DNA of 64,000 nt from Clostridia bacterium. Lineage in GTDB: Bacteria > Bacillota > Clostridia > RGIG6154. The position numbers were made by a program, and so were the translations under genes. How positions within the stretch are numbered: position 1 is the first letter of the stretch; each line of letters begins with the position of its first letter. This document shows positions 10,256-20,017 of the stretch, one piece after another. The DNA lies in the NCBI GenBank assembly GCA_045648505.1, contig JAZROD010000044.1, forward strand, positions 80,995 through 144,994. Reading direction: 5' to 3'. Below the pieces are notes generated by a model. The model saw only the letters and a program-made list of their open reading frames with translations, did no database searches and was not told where the DNA came from.

Positions 10256-11185
10256 TTACTTTTGTATAAGTTCACTGTCTCTTGTAAAAGGCTCGTTGAA
10301 AATAAGATGAATAAACACATCTTTTTTCTGCCCTTCTATAAGAAACTGTACTCTTTCTACTCCTTCTACTTCTGTAAGGGAGTTAACGATTGAATAAACC
10401 GTCATCATTTCACCGGCAGAACCGCCTGTGTGCCTGTTTTTAAATTCCTGAGAAAGATTTACAAAACATACGCCTTCTTTGGTTTCAACCGAAAGAATTT
10501 TAGTTTCGGCAGGTATTGTTTTCATAAGCTTTGGATTTACAGGACCTTTTATAAGTTCCTTAAGAACTCTCATTTCCATTGTTTCCTTTTCAGAAACAGT
10601 TATCTCTCTTGCTTCTGCAATAAGCTTTTCTGATTTTAAATCGGAGAAATAAAGTTTTATATATTTCTTTTCTTCTGTTTCAGGTTCTGTATCATATACC
10701 ACATCTTCCTTACCGAGAATGCCGATTTCTTCACCGTCGCTGTCCACCATTGGCTCGCCATCAACCAGAAGCTTCACGCCTGTTATTTCGTTCATCATTG
10801 TCATTGTTTTTACAAGAGAGGTTCTTATTAAAATATTTTCACTTTCTTCAGGCGTATATATTTCTTCTGAAAAATCCAGGGTTAATATGCCTTCTGAAAA
10901 TTTCACTGATAAAAGCTTTGTTTCTGCAGGAATTAATCTTACAAGGTTCTGGGAAGACGGACCTTTAAGCAGTTCATTTACTACAGTTTCATATATCTCG
11001 TCTATTGTTGTAACATAAACCTTTACTGTTTCTGACGCAAGCCCGGTTTTTCCTGCACCTGCAAAGAAGAGTTCAGTTTCGTATTCTATTAATCCCTTGT
11101 TTTCCTTTGAGCAGGCACAAATGCCCATCATCAATGCTATACTTAAAATTACGCAAATTATCTTTTTCACTTTTTTCAGCTCCAA
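10256..11185 (-). CDS. lipoprotein with tandem GerMN domains (GerM-like)
   Basis: Lipobox LMMGICACS, then two repeats of the LLKGP...TKILSV...G...L.LDFS..F GerMN pattern. Confidence 0.6.
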   Translation of the reverse strand: MELKKVKKIICVILSIALMMGICACSKENKGLIEYETELFFAGAGKTGLASETVKVYVTTIDEIYETVVNELLKGPSSQNLVRLIPAETKLLSVKFSEGILTLDFSEEIYTPEESENILIRTSLVKTMTMMNEITGVKLLVDGEPMVDSDGEEIGILGKEDVVYDTEPETEEKKYIKLYFSDLKSEKLIAEAREITVSEKETMEMRVLKELIKGPVNPKLMKTIPAETKILSVETKEGVCFVNLSQEFKNRHTGGSAGEMMTVYSIVNSLTEVEGVERVQFLIEGQKKDVFIHLIFNEPFTRDSELIQK

Positions 11186-12556
11186 TCATCCCAATCTTTT
11201 AGGAATGGTTATTTTCATTTTTGTTCCGCTATCCACAATACTTTCAACATCAATTTCTCCGCCGTGCATAAGCACAAGTTCTTTAACAATTGAAAGTCCA
11301 AGCCCTGTTCCACCACTTTCTCTGGACCTTGCTTTATCAACTCTGTAGAATCGGTCAAAGATTTTATTTATATCATTTTCAGGAATACCCACTCCGTTAT
11401 CTGCAACTTCTATTCTGCAGTTTTTGCCTTCATCATACACCCCTACTTCAACCTTGCCACCGCTTTGAGTATATTTTATGGCGTTATCGGTTATGTTATA
11501 AACCACCTGCCACAGTTTTTCTCTGTCCGCCATAGCAATTATTTCGCCTTCTGTTATATGAGTCATTTCAATACCTCTGCTTTCGGCAACAGGTGTTAAG
11601 CTTTTTACAATTCTCTGGCTCATTTCATTTATGTCCGTAACTTTAAGGCTTAAAGGCTCTGCTTCTGTATCTATTTTTGTCAAAGACAACAATCTTTCAA
11701 TAATTTTGTTAAGTCGATCAATTTCGCCTGTTATGTCCACCATAAATTCTCTTATGGTTTCGCCGTCTATTTCAGGCATAGAAAGTACAGATTCCGAAAG
11801 AAGCTTAATAGAGCTTAATGGTGTTTTAAGCTCGTGAGAAGCATTTGAAACAAAGGTTCTTCTTTTCTCCTCCATTTCACTCAATCTGCCCGAAAGCGTA
11901 TTAAATGCTTCCGCAAGGCTTTCAAGTTCTGCGCTTCCTTTGAATTTAACAAGTTCTCTTTCATTTTCAAATTCTGCCCGTGTAAGTCTTGATGTGAGTT
12001 TTTCAATAGGACTTACGATAATATCCGCCATAGCGGCACTTAAAATACCGATAAGAATACAAACCACAATGGAAATAACATATAAAAGCCATTTTATGTC
12101 TTTTATAAAATCATCTGTTGCACTTGCAACATTTGTTATATAAACAACACCCACAATTTCAGAATTTGAAATAACCGAAACCGCAGTCTGAACAACTGTT
12201 CCCACATCTTTTTCCTTATAGTTTGAAACAACGTCCTTACCTTTAACGGCGTTTATGATTTCATCCTTTACGAAGATTTTTCCTTCGATATTGTTATTTA
12301 TTCCGCTGTCAAAAATAACTCTCGCATGGATATCGGAAACTATAACACGCATTGAAGACGGAAGATTAAGGTCTTCCACCACATTTTCTATTTGCTTTGG
12401 TCTTGCTTTAATATCTTCAGCAATTAAGTTTGCCACAATGTTTGCATTTGCCATAAGCTCCACTTCTTCTCTGTTATAAAGATAGTTGCCTATGGATGCA
12501 GTTACATAAGTTGATATAAACAAAAGGGCTAAAACTATAATTCCAAGATATGTCAT
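11186..12556 (-). CDS. sensor histidine kinase (two TM helices, extracellular loop, HisKA and HATPase_c)
   Basis: H-box ASHELKTPLSSIK; N, G1 and G2 boxes (DNAIKYT, DNGVGIP, GGTGLGLSIV). Confidence 0.8.
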   Translation of the reverse strand: MTYLGIIVLALLFISTYVTASIGNYLYNREEVELMANANIVANLIAEDIKARPKQIENVVEDLNLPSSMRVIVSDIHARVIFDSGINNNIEGKIFVKDEIINAVKGKDVVSNYKEKDVGTVVQTAVSVISNSEIVGVVYITNVASATDDFIKDIKWLLYVISIVVCILIGILSAAMADIIVSPIEKLTSRLTRAEFENERELVKFKGSAELESLAEAFNTLSGRLSEMEEKRRTFVSNASHELKTPLSSIKLLSESVLSMPEIDGETIREFMVDITGEIDRLNKIIERLLSLTKIDTEAEPLSLKVTDINEMSQRIVKSLTPVAESRGIEMTHITEGEIIAMADREKLWQVVYNITDNAIKYTQSGGKVEVGVYDEGKNCRIEVADNGVGIPENDINKIFDRFYRVDKARSRESGGTGLGLSIVKELVLMHGGEIDVESIVDSGTKMKITIPKRLG

Positions 12557-12590
12557 TACAAGTCTTACCCTTGTTTTTCTGAACCAGTTT

Positions 12591-13268
12591 TTAATTTTCT
12601 TTGAAGTAATAACCTACACCCCATTTTGTAAGAATATATTTAGGCTGAGCAGGATTTTCCTCAACCTTTTCTCTTAATCTTCTCATATGAACATCAACTG
12701 TTCTTACATCGCCTGATTTATTTGCACCCCAGATCAAATCAAAAAGGTCATCTCTTGAATAAACTCTGCCGGGATTTGAAAGGAAAAGGTCAATAATATT
12801 ATATTCTTTAACCGTAAGCTCAACAACTCTTCCGTCAACAATCATCTGTCTTGTTCGGCGGTCAAGCTTAACACCTGATGTTTCCTGCGCCTCTTCTGCC
12901 TGTTGCGGTTTTGCTCTTCTTCTTAAAATCGCCTTCACTCTTGCTTTAAGCTCAAGAATGTTAAAAGGCTTGGTAAGATAATCATCCGCACCATATTCAA
13001 GGCCCATAATTTTATCCATATCATCACTTTTAGCTGTAAGCATAATGATTGGAACAGAGGAGGTTTCTCTGACTTTCTGGCACACCTCAAGACCATCCAT
13101 TTTAGGAAGCATAAGGTCAAGAATAATAAGGTCTATGTCCTTGGTTTTTGCAATTCTTACGGCTTCTTCACCGTCGCCTGCAGTTTCAACTTCATAGCCA
13201 TCCTGTTCAAAATTAAATTTAAGTCCCTTAACCAAAAGTCTTTCGTCATCTACAATTAAAAGTTTCAT
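12591..13268 (-). CDS. OmpR-family response regulator
   Basis: Receiver domain KLLIVDDE...DLMLPKMDG followed by a winged-helix C-terminus (VHMRRLREKVE). GGAGGA RBS sits before the MKLL start. Confidence 0.85.
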   Translation of the reverse strand: MKLLIVDDERLLVKGLKFNFEQDGYEVETAGDGEEAVRIAKTKDIDLIILDLMLPKMDGLEVCQKVRETSSVPIIMLTAKSDDMDKIMGLEYGADDYLTKPFNILELKARVKAILRRRAKPQQAEEAQETSGVKLDRRTRQMIVDGRVVELTVKEYNIIDLFLSNPGRVYSRDDLFDLIWGANKSGDVRTVDVHMRRLREKVEENPAQPKYILTKWGVGYYFKEN

Positions 13269-13404
13269 ATTATCCTCCACTACTTTACTACTTTAAATGA
13301 TACATCAAAATCAAAATAATTGCAATATTTTTTATGATTTTATTTGAATTTATATGGCTTTTATGTTAGAATATAATTACTATATAATATGCGGTGATAA
13401 TTGT

Positions 13405-14694
13405 ATGAAAAAAACTTTAAGTTTTATACTGATTTTTATTATAATATTCTCTTTCACAAGCCCTGTTTCAGCAAATATCGACAAGGTTGCGGCATCTACC
13501 TATTACCTAGTTGCCCCTGATACAGGAAGCGTTCTTGCGGAAAAGAACTGTTCCGGTAACCTTGACCCCGGAGATTTCTCAAAGATAATGACGGCAATCA
13601 TTGCCATTGAAAAACTAAACAAGGATTCATACCTTGCTTTCTCTGCCGAAAGTCTTTCTTTTAAAAACAATTTCGGCAACATTATGAGCGTAAAAGAAGG
13701 CTACAGCATCAAAGTTTATGAGCATCTTCAGAATATGCTTCTTCTCTTTTCGGATGCAAGTGCCAATCAGCTTGCCATTTCCATCAGTGAAAACAAAGAC
13801 AATTTCGTTAAAGAGATGAACAAAAAAGCTCTTGCCCTTGATATGAAGGATACCACCTTTACTTCTCCGTCAGGCTTTGATGGTGAAAGTGGTAAAACAA
13901 CGGTTTACGACCTTGTCAAGCTTGCACAGTATGCTATGGACCTTCCGCTTTTTGCAGAAATTTCTGCAACAGATGTTTTTTATGTTAACTTAAACGGTGA
14001 AGAAAAGAAATTTTCAAGCAGAAATCACCTTATAAGCAAATACACCTATTCCGATTACACCTACAAGGCTGCACTTGGAATAATGCCTTCTTATTTTACT
14101 GATAATGCAAATTTTATTGCATATAGCGAAAAAAATTCATCAAAACTTATTGCGGTTGTGGTAAACAGTCCCAGCGATTCAAACCTTACTGTTTACAGAG
14201 ATGTTATAAACCTTCTTTCTTACGGATACAATAATTTTCATTATTCTGTCATCTGCAGAGAAGGTGAAATAATTGACCAGATTCCCGTAATCGGCGGAAG
14301 AGCAGATGCCGTTACACTGCAATGCGACTCTTCGGTCCGTGCACCTTTACCCAACGGATATGACCACGAGCTTTTAGAGGTTAATGTCCGTAAAAACAAT
14401 GAAAAAGTGCGAGCACCAATAAGAAAGGGTACAATTCTTGGTTATGCCGATTATAAGTATGGCGAAAATCACATTGCAACCATTCCTTTAGTTGCAGATA
14501 AAGATATTGGCTTCAGCCTTTTATCCTTTATACATGACACCCTTTTCGGTTCAATCAACACAACATTTTTATTTATACTTATACTTTTGATTTTTATCTG
14601 GTGTATTCTTTCTTCAAAATCAAAAGCACAGAAGGCAAAGCGTGCCAGAAAAAGAAAAGAAATTATTGAGAAAATAGACAGAGAAAGGAAATAA
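13405..14694 (+). CDS. D-alanyl-D-alanine carboxypeptidase (S11/PBP5) homolog with non-canonical active-site motifs
   Basis: Signal peptide, overall PBP5/DacB-like sequence and a C-terminal TM anchor. The SxxK position reads DFSK (LDPGDFSKIMTAIIAIEKL versus canonical LAPASMTKIMT). Confidence 0.65.
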   Translation: MKKTLSFILIFIIIFSFTSPVSANIDKVAASTYYLVAPDTGSVLAEKNCSGNLDPGDFSKIMTAIIAIEKLNKDSYLAFSAESLSFKNNFGNIMSVKEGYSIKVYEHLQNMLLLFSDASANQLAISISENKDNFVKEMNKKALALDMKDTTFTSPSGFDGESGKTTVYDLVKLAQYAMDLPLFAEISATDVFYVNLNGEEKKFSSRNHLISKYTYSDYTYKAALGIMPSYFTDNANFIAYSEKNSSKLIAVVVNSPSDSNLTVYRDVINLLSYGYNNFHYSVICREGEIIDQIPVIGGRADAVTLQCDSSVRAPLPNGYDHELLEVNVRKNNEKVRAPIRKGTILGYADYKYGENHIATIPLVADKDIGFSLLSFIHDTLFGSINTTFLFILILLIFIWCILSSKSKAQKAKRARKRKEIIEKIDRERK

Positions 14695-14698
14695 ACAA

Positions 14699-15757
14699 AT
14701 GATTTTAAAACAGACAGAAGAAAATTTAAAAGAGCTTGACGCTTTTATGCAATCTTCCTTAAAAAGCAATTTTGCTCAGTCAAAAATGTGGGCAAATTTA
14801 AAAGATAACTGGAAAAACGAAATCGTTGTAAGCCGTGATGAAGACGGTAAAATCAACGGTGCTATGAGCATTCTCATCAGAAAAGTTCCTTTCTTTAAAA
14901 ACACTCTTATGTATGCTCCTAGAGGTCCTGTTTGTGACATTCACAACAAAAAAATTCTTTTTGAGCTTTTTGACTCAACAAAAGAACTTGCAAAAGAGCA
15001 TAAAGCCTATGTTTTAAAAATTGACCCTGATATTAAAATAGATGATGAAGAATTCAAAGCAATTGTAAAGGAATATGGTTTTAAAATCCAGAAGCCTACA
15101 AAGAACTTTGAAGGAATTCAGCCAAGATTTGTTTTCAGACTTGATGTTGAAAATAAAACAGAGGACGAGGTTTTTGCATCATTCCACAACAAGACAAGAT
15201 ATAATGTGCGTGTTGCACTTAAAAACAATGTTACTGTTACAATCGGCAACCGTGACGACCTTAAAAGATTCCACGAAATTATGGTTGAAACAGGTGCAAG
15301 AGATGAATTCGTTATAAGAAATCTTGCATACTTTGAAAAAATGTATGATATGATGGCACCAACAGATAATTTAAGACTTTACCTTGCCCACTATGAAGGA
15401 AACATTGTTGCAGGTACTATTGCAATCAAATATGGCGACAAGGTGTGGTATCTTTACGGTGCAAGCTCAAACGCTTCAAGAAATGTTATGCCAAACTATC
15501 TTCTTCAGTGGGAAATGATTAAATGGGCAATTAAAGAAAAATGCAGAGTTTATGACTTCAGAGGCGTTTCAGGTGATTTAAGCGAAGATAATCCTTTATA
15601 TGGTCTTTACCGTTTCAAAAAAGGCTTCAGCGGTGAATTTACTGAATTTATCGGCGATATTGACCTGGTTTACTCTCCACTTATGAAATTTGCAATTGAC
15701 AAAGGTGAAAGACTTTACAGAAACTTGAGAAGAAAGGTTATGCTCCGCAAGAAATGA
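14699..15757 (+). CDS. FemAB-family peptidoglycan interpeptide aminoacyltransferase
   Basis: FemABX family similarity (MWANLKDNWK...YAPRGPV...YLYGASS); 352 aa. Confidence 0.65.
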   Translation: MILKQTEENLKELDAFMQSSLKSNFAQSKMWANLKDNWKNEIVVSRDEDGKINGAMSILIRKVPFFKNTLMYAPRGPVCDIHNKKILFELFDSTKELAKEHKAYVLKIDPDIKIDDEEFKAIVKEYGFKIQKPTKNFEGIQPRFVFRLDVENKTEDEVFASFHNKTRYNVRVALKNNVTVTIGNRDDLKRFHEIMVETGARDEFVIRNLAYFEKMYDMMAPTDNLRLYLAHYEGNIVAGTIAIKYGDKVWYLYGASSNASRNVMPNYLLQWEMIKWAIKEKCRVYDFRGVSGDLSEDNPLYGLYRFKKGFSGEFTEFIGDIDLVYSPLMKFAIDKGERLYRNLRRKVMLRKK

Positions 15758-16830
15758 ATAAATTAGTTATTGAAAAAGAACTTTTAAAGCATAATGTTGA
15801 AACAATAAAAGCTCACGCAGGCAACACTCCCGTTATGGGCATTGTAAAATGCAACGGCTACGGTCTGGGACTTGTTGAATATTCAAAGCTTCTTCTTGAA
15901 TACGGCATTGACCTTCTTGGTGTTTCCTGTTTTGATGAGGCAATCGCCTTGAAAGACAATGGTATTAACTGCGAAATTGTGCTTTTAACACCCTATTCAG
16001 ACGAAGATGTTTTAAAAGAAATTGTTAAAAGAGATATTATTGCAACCGTTGGCTCTACAACTTCTGCAAAAGCACTTGAAAATGCAGGTGTTGTCCTTGG
16101 GAAAACACCAAGAGCAAATATAGAAATAGATACAGGTATGGGAAGATGCGGTTTTTCGGTGGAAAAGCTTGATGAAATCCTTTCCGTTAAAGACCTGCTT
16201 ATTGATTATTGCGGTACATTTTCTCATTTTTCTTTCAGCTTTGCAGACAAGGATGTTTATGTTTTAAATCAGCTTGAGAAATTTGAAAAAGCAATCACCT
16301 ACTTAAACAATAACGGCTTTAAAACAGGTGTTCTTCATATTGCGAACTCATCTGCTTTTATGAAATACAAAGAAACTCACCTTGATATGGTGAGAGTGGG
16401 TTCTGCACTCCTTGGAAGAGTTGAAGGGGCAGAAAGCTTCGGCCTTAAAAAAATCGGATATCTTGAAACAAGAGTTATTGAAACAAACCTTTTGAAAAAA
16501 GGTTCAAATGTTGGCTATGCGAACACCTTCAAAGTGAAAAAAGATACCGAAACAGCCATAATTCCAATAGGTTATGCAGATGGTTTCTTAACCGAGAAAA
16601 AGAGAGACACATTCCGTTTTTTCGACACTTTAAGATATATCAAAGAAGCAATTTTACCCGGGAAATATTTTGTTAAAATCAATAACACCCCTGCAAAAAT
16701 AATCGGCAGAGTTGGGATGTTCAATATCATCTGCGATGTTACTGGTATGAATGTTGTTCCCGGTGACAAGGTTACTGCAAATGTAAACCCTATACTGCTT
16801 GATAATTCTGTCACAAGAGAATATATTTAA
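15754..16830 (+). CDS. alanine racemase family PLP enzyme
   Basis: PLP-lysine motif PVMGIVKCNGYGLG and catalytic-Tyr motif PIGYADG. Start overlaps the femAB-like stop (ATGA). Confidence 0.65.
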   Translation: MNKLVIEKELLKHNVETIKAHAGNTPVMGIVKCNGYGLGLVEYSKLLLEYGIDLLGVSCFDEAIALKDNGINCEIVLLTPYSDEDVLKEIVKRDIIATVGSTTSAKALENAGVVLGKTPRANIEIDTGMGRCGFSVEKLDEILSVKDLLIDYCGTFSHFSFSFADKDVYVLNQLEKFEKAITYLNNNGFKTGVLHIANSSAFMKYKETHLDMVRVGSALLGRVEGAESFGLKKIGYLETRVIETNLLKKGSNVGYANTFKVKKDTETAIIPIGYADGFLTEKKRDTFRFFDTLRYIKEAILPGKYFVKINNTPAKIIGRVGMFNIICDVTGMNVVPGDKVTANVNPILLDNSVTREYI

Positions 16831-16860
16831 AAGAAGAGCCTTACAGGCTCTTCTTTAATT
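16829..16860. terminator. bidirectional intrinsic terminator
   Basis: AAGAAGAGCCttacagGCTCTTCTT. Confidence 0.55.
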
Positions 16861-18388
16861 TAGGTATAATAAGTCTTGTTCCTTTTTTGGCTTTATTGTC
16901 CGAAAGCTTATTCAACTCTTTTATAACCTCAACCGATGCACCGTATTTTTTTGCAATATTCCACACATCTTCCCCTTCGTCTGCAAAATAAATCGTCAAA
17001 GATGGCTTTTTTTCTGTTGCTTCAGACAAGGAAACATCTGTTACAGGACTGATTATCTTTTCATCATAAACTATTCCCTCTGCTCCGATATTTACACTTA
17101 CTTCCACACTGTTTTCATTAACCTGACTGCAGGAAACTTTAAGTGCCGATAAATCAATATCACACACAGACTCACTGTTTATATTTGAGCATTTGATTTT
17201 TTCATTTATTTTTACTTCCTTGTGAAGATTGTTTACAGGAAGTTCATTGTCCTGTGAAATATAAAGCACATAAATTTCTGCGGTTGCGCTTATGGTAATT
17301 CCTGATGAATCTGCAGATATTTCGTCTAAAAAAACATCACATTGAGTGTTGTATACCTTGCTTATGGAAGGTGCATCCCCTTCTGTATACAAAACTTCTT
17401 TCAGAGCTATCTGTTTTGAAACACTTTCTGCCACAGAACTGATTTTAACCTTTTCTTTAACAAGCTCCGCATTTTTATCTGTGGAATATCCGTCACTGAT
17501 AAGGCTTTGTTTTTCTTCTCTTATTCCTCTTATTTTTGCATTTATGTCCGCCTTTAAATTAACTGCATTGATGTTTCCTGCATCATCGCCCTTAATATCA
17601 TATTCCACAAACATTGGTGAAAGTGCAACAGAGCTTTTCATATTTTCTTCAAGACCTTCCGCTTCCACCACCTCTGTGAAGGGAATTTCACTTGAAAACA
17701 CATTAAGCTCATTTTCACCTGAAACTGCATAAACCACAGAAGCTGTAAGAGTTCCTTTTAAAACCACTTTGTTGTTTATAGGTTTTGCAGAGAAACTGTC
17801 AACGCTCACATTCACCTTTACCACATCTTCTGCCAAAGGCTCGGAAACAGGAATTGCAATAATATCTGAAACCGAAAATTTTCTGTTTACGGTTTTATCA
17901 AAACTTATGTAGCTTACCTCATCGCATTTAAGTTCAAGACTGTGGTTTTCCACATTGCACACAACTTCCTGTTCGTTAAAGCTGTATACCTTTATTTTAG
18001 TCAGTATTTCTGCTTTTACATTAACCTTTCTTCCGTTCACAACACGAAAGCTTACGCTTTCTGTTTCACATTCTGCAACAGAAATCATATTTTCATCCAC
18101 ACCGCTTATTTCTTTAACATCCGTAAAATCACAGGTGCAATGCATACTTTTTATACATCCGCTTCCTTTTTCAGGCATATAAAGTATGCAAAAATCAACT
18201 TTACCACTATTTATAACTCTGTCATTTTTAACTTCGCTTGACAAAATATGAGAACTTGCATCAACCTGAAGAATCTTGCCAATATCCGGTTTATTCTGGG
18301 GAACAACCGCATCATTTTCAACCAGTGTTCTCTGATTGCCTGAAAAATATCTGTTTTCAGTTTTAAGTGTATTTCTTATTAACTCCAT
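16841..18388 (-). CDS. sporulation-associated protein with C-terminal LysM domain (SipL-like)
   Basis: 515 aa; C-terminal LysM (TIYFADEGEDVWNIAKKYGASVEVIKELNKL). Size and architecture resemble clostridial SipL. Confidence 0.4.
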   Translation of the reverse strand: MELIRNTLKTENRYFSGNQRTLVENDAVVPQNKPDIGKILQVDASSHILSSEVKNDRVINSGKVDFCILYMPEKGSGCIKSMHCTCDFTDVKEISGVDENMISVAECETESVSFRVVNGRKVNVKAEILTKIKVYSFNEQEVVCNVENHSLELKCDEVSYISFDKTVNRKFSVSDIIAIPVSEPLAEDVVKVNVSVDSFSAKPINNKVVLKGTLTASVVYAVSGENELNVFSSEIPFTEVVEAEGLEENMKSSVALSPMFVEYDIKGDDAGNINAVNLKADINAKIRGIREEKQSLISDGYSTDKNAELVKEKVKISSVAESVSKQIALKEVLYTEGDAPSISKVYNTQCDVFLDEISADSSGITISATAEIYVLYISQDNELPVNNLHKEVKINEKIKCSNINSESVCDIDLSALKVSCSQVNENSVEVSVNIGAEGIVYDEKIISPVTDVSLSEATEKKPSLTIYFADEGEDVWNIAKKYGASVEVIKELNKLSDNKAKKGTRLIIPKLKKSL

Positions 18389-18421
18389 ATCTCATTCTCC
18401 TTATTCTTTTTATTAAATAAT

Positions 18422-20017
18422 ATGAATGATAAAACAAAATATGCAGATAATAGCAGTATGAAAAATTTATTGAAATTATTATTTACAGACACAGATAAAA
18501 ATTCTTTTGTTCTTGATGAACATCCTGCAGGAGAAGTTGCATATCCTCCCATACCTGAATATATTTTCCCATCATGGCGTCACAATTTAGATACTGTTAC
18601 TGCTGTTTTCAACAAGGATTTAAGCAGTGATATAAAAATCAGGGAATTCAGCTGCGGAGGTAAAAATGCATTTATTGTTTTTATTGAAAGTATGGTTGAT
18701 TCCAACCGAATAAACACCCATATTTTAGCACCTATGATGCTTATTCCAAGTAATGCCACAGAAGAAGACATAACAAATTCTCTTATTGTGGTAAATCAGC
18801 TTACAGTCACAGATAAGTTTGAAGATGCTTTTTACAGTCTTTCTCTCGGTGATTGTGTAATTTTTGTTGACGGCGTTGAAAAAGCCTTTATGTGTGATGT
18901 TAAAAGTTGGGAGCGAAGAGGGGTTGAACCACCTGTTTCGGAAGCAGTTATCTATGGTCCTCACGAAGGTTTTACCGAAAATTTCAAAACAAATGGTGCT
19001 CTTATAAGAAAAAATGTTCATTCTCCCGACCTCATAAGCGAAATGCTTACAGTTGGCAAGGTCAGTAAAACACCCATTTCTGTTCTTTATATGAAAAACA
19101 TTGCAAACGAAAGCCTTGTAAAAGAGGTTAAACGCAGAATTGAGAACTTAAACAGTGACTATATTTTTCAACTTGGTCAGCTTGAACAGTTTCTGGAAGA
19201 TAAGACCTTCACTCTCATTCCCCAGTTCCTCACAACAGAAAGACCTGACAGAGCGTGCGAGTGTCTTATTGAAGGTAAGGTTGTTATTTTAATGCACGGA
19301 AGTCCCTTTGCACTTATCTGCCCTGTCACATTAACTGAATTCTTCACCACAGTTGAAGATAAATATATCCGTTTTCCCTTTTCAAACTTTTTAAAGGTAA
19401 TAAGACTTATCGCAATTCTGTCTTCTTTTCTTTTACCCGGACTTTATATTGCACTTGTTACCTTTCATATAGAAATGATTCCCTCAAGCCTTTTGTTTGC
19501 CATTGAAGCATCAAGAGAAGCAGTCCCCTTTCCTGCTTTGATAGAGCTTCTGATAATGGAAACCGCCTTTGATATTATAAGAGAAGCAAGCCTTCGTGTG
19601 CCCTCATCAATCGGCTCAACACTTGGTATTATAGGCGGTCTTATTATAGGTCAGGCGGCAGTTGAAGCAAGCCTTGTAAGTCCTATCAGTATTATTATTG
19701 TGGCAATCACAGGTATCGGCTCTTTTGCAACGCCAAACTATGCACTCAATATGAGCTTCCGCCTTTTAAGATATTTCTATATTCTTGCAGGAGCTTTGGC
19801 AGGCTTTGGTGGAGTTGCCCTTTGTATGTTCATACACACTTGCATTTTATCAAATGCCAAGTCTGTAGGTGCACCTGTTTTTAACGGTTTTTCTTCATCT
19901 GTTTTTCGCAATCTTTTTGATTTTCCTGTATGGAAAAACGAAGAAAGACACACAACCGCAAACCCCAAGCAAACACAGCTTCAGGGGAAAATCAGCAGAA
20001 GGTGGGTGAAAAAATGA
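18422..20017 (+). CDS. spore germination protein, GerA family A subunit
   Basis: N-terminal soluble region plus a C-terminal membrane domain (LIGGLIIGQAAVEA...), typical of GerAA/GerKA. Confidence 0.75.
   Translation: MNDKTKYADNSSMKNLLKLLFTDTDKNSFVLDEHPAGEVAYPPIPEYIFPSWRHNLDTVTAVFNKDLSSDIKIREFSCGGKNAFIVFIESMVDSNRINTHILAPMMLIPSNATEEDITNSLIVVNQLTVTDKFEDAFYSLSLGDCVIFVDGVEKAFMCDVKSWERRGVEPPVSEAVIYGPHEGFTENFKTNGALIRKNVHSPDLISEMLTVGKVSKTPISVLYMKNIANESLVKEVKRRIENLNSDYIFQLGQLEQFLEDKTFTLIPQFLTTERPDRACECLIEGKVVILMHGSPFALICPVTLTEFFTTVEDKYIRFPFSNFLKVIRLIAILSSFLLPGLYIALVTFHIEMIPSSLLFAIEASREAVPFPALIELLIMETAFDIIREASLRVPSSIGSTLGIIGGLIIGQAAVEASLVSPISIIIVAITGIGSFATPNYALNMSFRLLRYFYILAGALAGFGGVALCMFIHTCILSNAKSVGAPVFNGFSSSVFRNLFDFPVWKNEERHTTANPKQTQLQGKISRRWVKK

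Noticed and set aside
17346-18241. Plus-strand ORFs 17346..17732, 17942..18241 and 17955..18182
   Set aside because: Antisense to the SipL-like gene with compositionally biased translations; no RBS or domain support.
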